DNA of 8,038 nucleotides, from NCBI GenBank assembly GCA_018985225.1, contig JADGIF010000470.1, positions 1-8,038 of the forward strand. The letters run 5' to 3'. Under the pieces are notes generated by a model that worked only from the letters and a program-made list of their open reading frames with translations, had not been told where the DNA came from and did no database searches. Made by a program: the position numbers and the translations under genes. Shown here in pieces: positions 1-6,971 of this stretch (position 1 is its first letter; the number at the start of each line of letters is the position of its first letter). Source of the DNA: Amoeboradix gromovi X-113 (Eukaryota; Fungi; Sanchytriomycota).

Positions 1-266
1 TCTTCTACTATTATTTTAACAAGAGGAATACAATCAATGAAAGAAAATTGGTATAATAGAAGAAGATCTTTTATTAATGATAGCATTTCCTCCGTATGGT
101 GCACCTTTAAAAAAGAGTTAGTCTAGTTTTTATATTTGGTGTCCCATTTGACGACACTTTGTTTGCATTTCAAATAAATTATAATTCAAGCCACCTGATT
201 GGTGAGTTCGTTGTTTAAATAAATAGAAATAACGACTGATTTACTTTGGTGGAGCAATTTATCTAA

Positions 267-1028
267 ATGTCGTCAAAGAATCGTAGAAGGTTAACAATAA
301 AGGAAACAAGTTTGCTGAACTCAGTTTTTGAACATACGAGATCACCAGATGCAATGCTAAGAGCACAGCTAGGGATTCAACTGAATATGTCCTCTAGAAA
401 TGTTCAAATCTGGTTCCAAAATAAGAGAGCGCATATTAAGAGAATAACTGGTGGGAACCTAACTACCGAAATAAGCATACCAAACCCATTTATCAAGTCA
501 CAGCAAAAATCTCCAATCACTCCCCTTTTATATAATAAGCAAATTTTACCCAAATCAGACTCTTCAGAGAGCATTGAAATCTCTGTGGCAAGAGAGGTTT
601 TGTATCCTGTCCAACATTTAGAAAACCAACAGTTTTCTTTGATGAAGATGAATGTTTTAATATCAGTTTTGCTACAAGACATTAAGTTCAAGGAATTTAT
701 GTCTGATATGGAAAGGGAGCTTAGAATTGATTTAAGCAGATTAATGGATATTTGTCGCAGCGTTTCAGCTAAAGATGATGAAAAACAGTCTGGCATGAGA
801 CGCCTAGTGTCTGATAAGTTGTCAGGAATTAATTCCTTGATTCTTGAATGTGGACTAGTGTTTAAAAGGATTGAAAACTGCATTCTTGATACCAGATGCG
901 AGTCCTGTTCTTATTGTAAGTTTTGGAAAGACTGCACCCAAATTCCGTTTATCAACAAAGTTAAACACTTTTGTTTGGATCATCTAGTAAAATTGAAAGG
1001 CATTTTAGAAATCTCCCAAAACGAATAA
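267..1028 (+). CDS. Homeodomain transcription factor (N-terminal homeodomain, Q50 type) with a Cys/His-rich C-terminus
   Basis: aa ~3-59 contain a basic arm (KNRRR), LNSVF (helix 1), P..LRAQLGIQLNMS (helix 2) and the recognition helix RNVQIWFQNKRA with the WFxNxR signature. The 253-aa ORF is uninterrupted, and AATAAA overlaps the stop (1024-1029). Confidence 0.92.
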   Translation: MSSKNRRRLTIKETSLLNSVFEHTRSPDAMLRAQLGIQLNMSSRNVQIWFQNKRAHIKRITGGNLTTEISIPNPFIKSQQKSPITPLLYNKQILPKSDSSESIEISVAREVLYPVQHLENQQFSLMKMNVLISVLLQDIKFKEFMSDMERELRIDLSRLMDICRSVSAKDDEKQSGMRRLVSDKLSGINSLILECGLVFKRIENCILDTRCESCSYCKFWKDCTQIPFINKVKHFCLDHLVKLKGILEISQNE

Positions 1029-1081
1029 ACCTCACTCCATTGAATATTATTTTTGAAAAGATTTATTTTTACTTCGCTAAT

Positions 1082-2071
1082 TTATCCTTGTGCAGTTGAC
1101 GTTTTAGCGAATGTTGAGAATATACTCAATTTTCTCTCACTAAACAACTGTTTAAAGATACCACCCCATAGGAACACAGCTTTTAACACCACGAAGAACG
1201 GTTTATAACCTAGCAATACAGTGCTTCCCATATCAGTTAGCAAACAAACAATTACCATAAAACTTGCTGTAATTGTCATACGGAAGTGGCGACCTGCCTG
1301 GTCAGTTTTCATTGCACCAATAAAGATGATAATAAGATAAATAATCTGAACACCGTAAGTATACCAATCCATAACTTCAACAGCTCCAAAGAGAATCAAA
1401 GCGACTACAACAGCGATGTGGACTACCTGTAACAAAGCAGCAATCATCAAATTGAATGAAGGTGCGACGAATTGCTTCTTAACTGTCAACCTACCTTTTT
1501 CTAGTGGCAATACTACAACCAAGTACATTCTGAGGAAGTGTACTCCTAAGCAACTTAAAGAGAAGATCAAGCTTAAGTCCATTAATGCACTAGCAACAAC
1601 AGGAACATAGTATGAAATGGAAGCACCAGCTAACATAGCCATCAAACCGAGGTAAAAGCAAAACATAATTGGTAAACTAAATAACTTAACGAATTCTTTC
1701 TTTCTCTCCATGAATGCGAAACCCATGCTCACCATGAATACTAGCAAAACTGCAATAGAAACAAATAACGAAGCTTGTCCGACAGGAGTGCAGTATCCGC
1801 TCTTGAAGTATAAATTGACTGACGTAGCCTTAGGGAATGAACCGCCTTCAAATTTGGCGCAAGAGCTGTCCTCATATTTGAAAAAAACACACTTGCTGGT
1901 ATCTGCTGCCCCAACTGGGACTTCTACTGCTAGGCAATCGAATTCGTTCAAACAGTATCCTTGGCAATCAGTAAAGGATCCTGCTTCTGGCGTGATTCGT
2001 GCTCCAGTTCCTAACGTGACTTCTGGAAGTTCAAGAAAATATGCTTGGGAGTAAGCAGAATACGAAGACAT
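1082..2071 (-). CDS. Seven-transmembrane receptor-like protein with an N-terminal PAN/apple-like domain (class C GPCR/7tm_3-like)
   Basis: The N-terminal SFTDCQGYCLNEFDCLAV...SKCVFF fits the PAN spacing C-x3-C-x5-C-x-A...C. About seven hydrophobic segments follow from aa ~100. The ICL1/TM2 region RKKEFVKLFSLPIMFCFYLG and the TM3 end HFLRMYLVV resemble class C GPCR patterns. Coding status is secure; family assignment is by eye. Confidence 0.65.
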   Translation of the reverse strand: MSSYSAYSQAYFLELPEVTLGTGARITPEAGSFTDCQGYCLNEFDCLAVEVPVGAADTSKCVFFKYEDSSCAKFEGGSFPKATSVNLYFKSGYCTPVGQASLFVSIAVLLVFMVSMGFAFMERKKEFVKLFSLPIMFCFYLGLMAMLAGASISYYVPVVASALMDLSLIFSLSCLGVHFLRMYLVVVLPLEKGRLTVKKQFVAPSFNLMIAALLQVVHIAVVVALILFGAVEVMDWYTYGVQIIYLIIIFIGAMKTDQAGRHFRMTITASFMVIVCLLTDMGSTVLLGYKPFFVVLKAVFLWGGIFKQLFSERKLSIFSTFAKTSTAQG

Positions 2072-2260
2072 TCGAGCTTCGGATTCTATGGGAAGCCTTC
2101 TTTATAAAGCGTGAATGGCTTCAGGCGTCCAATCAGACATTTTTGGTAACCAATGAAAATTGGAAGAATATTCTTGTTCCAAGCCCACAAGCAGATAAAT
2201 CGGCTGTCTGTACAAAACCGTTCACTTAAGATAAAAAGATTAATTGCCTTAGAAAATTCT

Positions 2261-3004
2261 TTATTCAACAATCAAGGAGTCTTTGCTAATAGTCTTCAAG
2301 ATTTCCAGAGACCCCTGCTCTACGTTTAAAAATAAAGCACTTATCATTAGGTCTTCGCCTTTTTCCCAAACTTCAATGACGTCTTCATGCAAAGCAATAA
2401 CGTCAATCGCGTTCAAAGTATTAACCTTAGATAACTCTTGGGCGCGTTGTTCCATGCTGTGCTCATGTAAATTATCAGTAGGAGTCAAAGCCTGAACCGT
2501 AAGTTCATCTTGTGTAGACAGATGTCTTTTATGTCCTCTAGTATGACTATCAACGCTGCTAACAGCCGACAGAGGAGATTTTGGACTCTTAGTTGGTGAC
2601 TTTGAATCAGTTGAAATGCTTGACTTTGGCTGGTTCTGCTGCAAGTATCTATTTCTGGAGTCTCTTAACCAAATATCCATACCATGAAGCCCACCTCTTA
2701 TTGATCTGTAACAGGCCCCACAGTTTGTGTGCCCGCATACAACAATATTTCTTATTCCCAACAGCTTTACAGCGAAATGAACCAATCCATTAGTGTGATC
2801 TGTCTCTTTAACCAAATTTCCCATATTTCGATGAACCAATAGGTCCCCTATAACACTAGCGGTAACTAACTCGGGACTAACTCTGCTATCTACGCACCCG
2901 ATCCAAAGGGTATGAGGGTGCTGGGTAAACCCCAAGCTTTGATGCTCATAACTCTCTGCAAACTTTTTATTCTTTTTAATCAAGTCAGATAGAGTTTGGG
3001 ACAT
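2261..3004 (-). CDS. NCE103: Beta-class carbonic anhydrase (Nce103-like)
   Basis: Zn ligands and the Asp-Arg dyad appear in WIGCVDSRV (CxDxR) and VVCGHTNCG (HxxC). GDLLVHRNMGN, FAVKLLGIRNIVV and the C-terminal strand-turn LFLNVEQGSL are also typical. Confidence 0.93.
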   Translation of the reverse strand: MSQTLSDLIKKNKKFAESYEHQSLGFTQHPHTLWIGCVDSRVSPELVTASVIGDLLVHRNMGNLVKETDHTNGLVHFAVKLLGIRNIVVCGHTNCGACYRSIRGGLHGMDIWLRDSRNRYLQQNQPKSSISTDSKSPTKSPKSPLSAVSSVDSHTRGHKRHLSTQDELTVQALTPTDNLHEHSMEQRAQELSKVNTLNAIDVIALHEDVIEVWEKGEDLMISALFLNVEQGSLEILKTISKDSLIVE

Positions 3005-3092
3005 CTAAGCAAGAATATTTGTTTCAAACCAATTCAGGTCTATTAGATTCCCAAGTGAAATAGTTTATTGACTAATTAAGTAAAACTCCACT

Positions 3093-3959
3093 CTACCTAC
3101 TAATATACGTAGGCAGTATTTCATACGGAGAGCGAAATTTTTTTAACGCCAGTTCTTTTAGATCGGAGACGTCATTTGACTGTCCACATATGTTGTTCAG
3201 CTTTAGCTGCCTTAATTGATCCCGGGTTATGAAGATATCCATCTTAGAAGGAAGTTTCTCAAGGAAATAAGCCAAAAACAGCATTATTGATTCAGGAATG
3301 TTCACAAGCATCCGCTTCCTTCCTTTTAACTTGAGCACTAATTCAATTATTCCTCTATATGTCATCTCATCTGGCCCGCCAATCTCGTAAATTTTACCAT
3401 TGCTAACCGGGTTCGCAGCAACACTTTCTATGACACTTACCAAGTCATTTATGAAAACAGGCTGAAATTTAGCTTCTCCAAAAATTGGAAATATCGGCAT
3501 GTAGCTGCTCATTCTGGAAAATCGATTAAAGAATGAATCGTTTTTTCCAAATACTATCGAAGGCCGCAGGATGGTTGCTTTAGATTTCAAATGTTTAAAT
3601 ATATATTCTTCAGCTAATCCTTTAGTCTTAAAGTATGGCAACTCGCTTTTTGAGTTGGAACCGATTGCACTAATATGAATCAACTTCTTGAAATCAGAGG
3701 TTGCTAAAAGATCTACTAAATTCTTGGCCCCGACTAGCTGAGAAGACTCAAAAGTGTTATCACGTGTGTTGTTCAAAAGACCAACCAAATTAACAACAAT
3801 TGTGTTGCTATCAAGCTGAGATTTTAGAACACTGATGTCCTTGGATATGTTGATTGAAGGAATAGTTGATCTGCTAACGGGAACAACTTTAAATGTTTTA
3901 GAACTTTTCAATGCTGTCCCTATGAATCCGTTTCCTCCAATTGCTACCATCTTTTGCAT
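3093..3959 (-). CDS. NDUFA9-family (complex I 39-kDa subunit-like) atypical NAD(P)-binding SDR/epimerase
   Basis: Rossmann motif GGNGFIG, plus VVNLVG, LIHISAIG, YFKTK (YxxxK), ATILRPSIVFG.NDSFFNRF, FQPVFINDL and GKIYEIGGP. Confidence 0.85.
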   Translation of the reverse strand: MQKMVAIGGNGFIGTALKSSKTFKVVPVSRSTIPSINISKDISVLKSQLDSNTIVVNLVGLLNNTRDNTFESSQLVGAKNLVDLLATSDFKKLIHISAIGSNSKSELPYFKTKGLAEEYIFKHLKSKATILRPSIVFGKNDSFFNRFSRMSSYMPIFPIFGEAKFQPVFINDLVSVIESVAANPVSNGKIYEIGGPDEMTYRGIIELVLKLKGRKRMLVNIPESIMLFLAYFLEKLPSKMDIFITRDQLRQLKLNNICGQSNDVSDLKELALKKFRSPYEILPTYISR

Positions 3960-4022
3960 TGGTTGTCAGAAGGAGTACCTTTGGCAGCTTTCCATTTTGA
4001 CTGAACAATATTTATCGTGATA

Positions 4023-4181
4023 ATGGCTACGATTAGCTCTATTTGTAGGCTATCCAGACTGCGTAGAAACCTGAGAATCTTGTTTATCAACCACCGAAAG
4101 TGGGACCAGACTCACCATCCAGATGTCAATTCCAAAGAAGTCATTATTAGACACAGAACGTTCTCATTCAATTGGGAATGA
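4023..4181 (+). CDS. Candidate 52-aa small ORF (MATISSICRLSRLRRNLRILFINHRKWDQTHHPDVNSKEVIIRHRTFSFNWE)
   Basis: Translated by hand; below the ORF-track cutoff. The start context has A at -3 and G at +4. It lies head-to-head with the NDUFA9-like gene, 63 bp apart. AATAAA at 4189-4194 follows the stop, as in neighbouring genes. Confidence 0.3.
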   Translation: MATISSICRLSRLRRNLRILFINHRKWDQTHHPDVNSKEVIIRHRTFSFNWE

Positions 4182-4723
4182 GTCCAAGAATAAAAAGATA
4201 AACGCATTATTTGTCTCTTTCGGTGTGCTTTACAGTAATTATGGCAAAGGAATCATGCTACTGAGGAGACCTTTATTGCATTAAGAAAACTCTTGTATAA
4301 TGCGGAAACCAATCTCGCCATTTTACTCGCTGAGAGCACTTAGCAAACCATTTTAAGAACCAAGAAAAAATAAGCATCATGAGTCTAAGCAGTTTGCTGT
4401 CAAGTAATTGCCTCATTATGGAATGAGACTGTCTTAAGTCATCAACAGCTTAAGTATTAGATTGCGAACCTAACAAAAATTAGTCGGCTAAGGTTTGCGA
4501 TGTTTTGAGGAAAACCAAATTTGGAATCATATGCATGGGCAAATTTTCATCTGAAGGTGGACAGAAATCATATGGCAGCAAGGTACATGTAGTTATATGC
4601 AAACATATTCAACAACACTTCAGAGTATTGGAACCGTGAGCAACCACTGTATTTGACTTGCCGGCATTGTCAGTTTCTTGTGAAAAATCAAGGACTTTCG
4701 TCTGGAGAATAGGTGATTAGTTT

Positions 4724-4733
4724 TATATAAAAA
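4724..4733 (+). promoter_or_regulatory. Putative TATA box of the snoRNA gene
   Basis: TATATAAAAA lies about 40-50 nt upstream of the snoRNA terminal stem. Confidence 0.4.
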
Positions 4734-4771
4734 CGTTTTTTCAATTTAACTAAAATTTTTAATCTTAGTTT

Positions 4772-4835
4772 TCATGTGAATGATGAACAACAGAGTCAAA
4801 CCCTGAAAATGATGACACTATTACCTGACACATGA
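4772..4835 (+). ncRNA. snR66: Box C/D snoRNA, snR66-like (2'-O-methylation guide for LSU rRNA)
   Basis: Perfect 7-bp terminal stem TCATGTG (4772-4778)/CACATGA (4829-4835). Box C ATGATGA 4780-4786, box D' CTGA 4803-4806, box C' ATGATGA 4809-4815, box D CTGA 4825-4828. The D' guide CAACAGAGTCAAACC-CTGA resembles yeast snR66 CAACAGAGUCAAGCU-CUGA (recalled, not searched) and is complementary to the conserved LSU rRNA motif UUGACUCU. Confidence 0.88.
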
Positions 4836-4838
4836 TAA

Positions 4839-4866
4839 TCTTTTTTCTTCTTTTGCTGTCCTTTTT
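4839..4866 (+). terminator. Pyrimidine/T-rich tract downstream of the snoRNA (putative termination or 3' processing signal)
   Basis: TCTTTTTTCTTCTTTTGCTGTCCTTTTT has a T6 run and several TCTT motifs immediately 3' of the stem. Confidence 0.4.
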
Positions 4867-5441
4867 CCTGATATAATTTTTTTAATCAATTTCTATTTCG
4901 ACTCGGATTTACGTAGCGCCTTTGTTGACTTCAAGCTTCGCAAAATTGCTAACTGCAAAAACTGTGACAAAATCTTATCTTCTTTAAACACCACGATATC
5001 CGTTGATAACTAGTTTAAGTATCCAAGAAATATCAGCTCGTTAAGAAAGTGTGTAATTTTTGTGCTGTTTTTACGTAAAATTTGTAAAAGAACCAATTCC
5101 AGATATCTGATCACTTGGAGCTAAAAGAATACAACATATTAATATTTTGCGTAAGGAAGTAGAGCCAAAGTTTATATGCTGCACACTCTACATATTCCAC
5201 CACTGAGTGTCTTAATGCAACCATCAATAGAGAGGAAGTATACATTCGAGAAGATCCCAATGCTTCAATTGTGGTCATGAAGATCATAGAGACACAAAAT
5301 TGTGCAAAAACATGCTTTAATTGTATCTAACCAAGTGGTGCATACTAAAGATATGCGAAATTTGGATTCTCTCAGATATTCACATTAAAAGTAGGTGGTT
5401 TGGAATTTTCCATTAAATGAGGAGAAAACTCCAAGTTCAAC

Positions 5442-6971
5442 ATGACTTCGGATTCTAAAAACACAACTGAAATGGACGGAATCTCTGCAAAGCAGTTATT
5501 TGATAACGTAGGACTAACATACAATGATTTCTTGATACTTCCCGGCTTTATTGATTTCCCTGTCAATAGTGTGGATTTATCCACCAAAGTTACCAGGAAT
5601 TATTCAATCAGATTGCCGTTGCTATCTTCTCCTATGGATACTGTTACGGAATCTAAAATGGCTATTCATATGGCTCTACAGGGCGGTTTAGGAGTTTTGC
5701 ATCATAATTGTTCAATTGAAGAACAGGCGTTAATGGTCAAACAGGTCAAGAAGTTTGAAAATGGCTTCATTTCTCAGCCTATTACTCTCTCAAAAGATGC
5801 TGTAGTTGAGGACGTATTAAAGATTGTTGAAAACTATGGTTTTAGTGGAATTCCAATTACCGAGGATGGTAAAATGAACTCCAAATTGCTTGGTTTAATA
5901 ACGAGAAGAGATTATGAGTTTATCAATGACACCAAAACCCCTGTTAAAGATATCATGACTAAAGATTTAGTAACTGCCCCTCAAGGCTGCTCATTAGAAG
6001 AAGCAAATAAATTATTGAAAACTAGTAAAAAGGGTAAGCTACCTATTGTCAATACAAATGGTGAACTAGTAGCGTTAATTGCTCGTAGTGACTTGCTCAA
6101 AAACCAAAACTATCCAAATGCGTCAAAGAAACCTCATACAAAACAGCTATTATGTGCTGCAGCGATCGGTACTAGGGCGGAAGATCGTGACAGACTAAAG
6201 CGTTTGATAGATGAGGGACTGGATATAGTTATAATCGATAGTTCCCAGGGAAATTCTATTTATCAGATCGAGATGATTAAACATATTCGTCAACACTACG
6301 GCAGTAAAGTAGATATCATTGGAGGTAATGTGGTTACACAAGACCAAGCGCTGTCTCTAATAGATGCAGGCGTCGATGGGTTACGAGTTGGTATGGGTTC
6401 AGGTAGCATTTGCATTACTCAAGAAGTCTGTGCCGTCGGTAGACCACAAGGTACTGCTGTTTACAAGGTATCGCAAGTGGCAAAAAAGTTTGGCATCCCT
6501 GTAATTGCTGATGGCGGTGTATCTTCTGTCGGTCATGCTACAAAGGCCTTGGCATTGGGTGCTAGTTGTGTTATGATGGGATCTTTGCTAGCTGGTACAG
6601 ATGAAAGCCCTGGTCAATATTTCTACCACGAAGGTAAAAGGTTAAAGAAATATCGTGGTATGGGAAGTGTGGATGCCATGGAGAAGAACTCTAGCTCCCA
6701 AAGCAGGTATTTTAGTGAGAATGTTGTTGTAAAGGTAGCGCAAGGAGTAAGTGGTAACGTGTTGGACAAAGGACCACTGTCCAAATTTTTAAGTTACTTA
6801 CACGCAGGGCTTCAGCACGGATTTCAAGATATTGGTGTCTCAAGTATTGAGACATTGCACAAGCAGCTAGACAACTCCCAGTTGCGATTTGAGCAAAGGT
6901 CACCTAATGCACAATTAGAAGGAGGAGTTCATGGATTAGAATCGTTGAACTCTAATAGATTATATGCTTAA
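5442..6971 (+). CDS. IMPDH: Inosine-5'-monophosphate dehydrogenase (eukaryotic type, with a CBS/Bateman domain)
   Basis: [21 protein letters not shown], a CBS pair, DSSQGNS, the catalytic loop [25 protein letters not shown], the flap [10 protein letters not shown] and EGGVH. Confidence 0.98.
   Translation: MTSDSKNTTEMDGISAKQLFDNVGLTYNDFLILPGFIDFPVNSVDLSTKVTRNYSIRLPLLSSPMDTVTESKMAIHMALQGGLGVLHHNCSIEEQALMVKQVKKFENGFISQPITLSKDAVVEDVLKIVENYGFSGIPITEDGKMNSKLLGLITRRDYEFINDTKTPVKDIMTKDLVTAPQGCSLEEANKLLKTSKKGKLPIVNTNGELVALIARSDLLKNQNYPNASKKPHTKQLLCAAAIGTRAEDRDRLKRLIDEGLDIVIIDSSQGNSIYQIEMIKHIRQHYGSKVDIIGGNVVTQDQALSLIDAGVDGLRVGMGSGSICITQEVCAVGRPQGTAVYKVSQVAKKFGIPVIADGGVSSVGHATKALALGASCVMMGSLLAGTDESPGQYFYHEGKRLKKYRGMGSVDAMEKNSSSQSRYFSENVVVKVAQGVSGNVLDKGPLSKFLSYLHAGLQHGFQDIGVSSIETLHKQLDNSQLRFEQRSPNAQLEGGVHGLESLNSNRLYA

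Noticed and set aside
404-883. 159-aa minus-strand ORF, and the other short track ORFs (1416-1610, 1710-2054, 2041-2229, 2283-2495, 2593-2793, 3835-4020, 5372-5587, 6712-6903, 7276-7536, 7316-7498)
   Set aside because: They are antisense or alternate-frame shadows of well-supported genes and show no recognisable motifs.
267-2071. Homeodomain gene plus 7TM receptor as a mating-type locus
   Set aside because: No divergent partner HD1 gene is visible in 1-266, the receptor is not Ste2/Ste3-like, and I saw no CAAX pheromone ORF. Sequence beyond the window would be needed.
2086-2271. 61-aa minus ORF as a missing N-terminus or signal peptide of the 7TM protein
   Set aside because: It is out of frame with the 7TM ATG, overlaps the carbonic anhydrase stop, and has no convincing splice sites or signal-peptide character.
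3951-3978. 28-nt mini-intron (GTACTC...CTGAC...AAG, minus strand) joining the uORF to the NDUFA9-like CDS
   Set aside because: Splicing at this or the next AG puts the upstream ATG out of frame.
4430-4700. RNase MRP RNA on the minus strand (GAAAGTCC at ~4692-4699)
   Set aside because: I found no matching CR-V/P4 partner strand with adequate complementarity.
4821-4827. TTACCTG resembling the U1 snRNA 5' end
   Set aside because: It is explained by the snoRNA guide plus box D, and no U1 stem-loops follow.
4893-5270. Stop-codon reassignment (TAA/TAG read as Gln) opening a hidden gene
   Set aside because: All six clear genes end in TAA or TAG and have no internal TAR codons, so the standard code applies.
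5442-6971. IMPDH as a self-resistance gene of a mycophenolate-type biosynthetic cluster
   Set aside because: There is no PKS, prenyltransferase or methyltransferase nearby. The enzyme keeps Tyr in KKYRGMGS and Ala in CAAAIGT, as in ordinary housekeeping enzymes.
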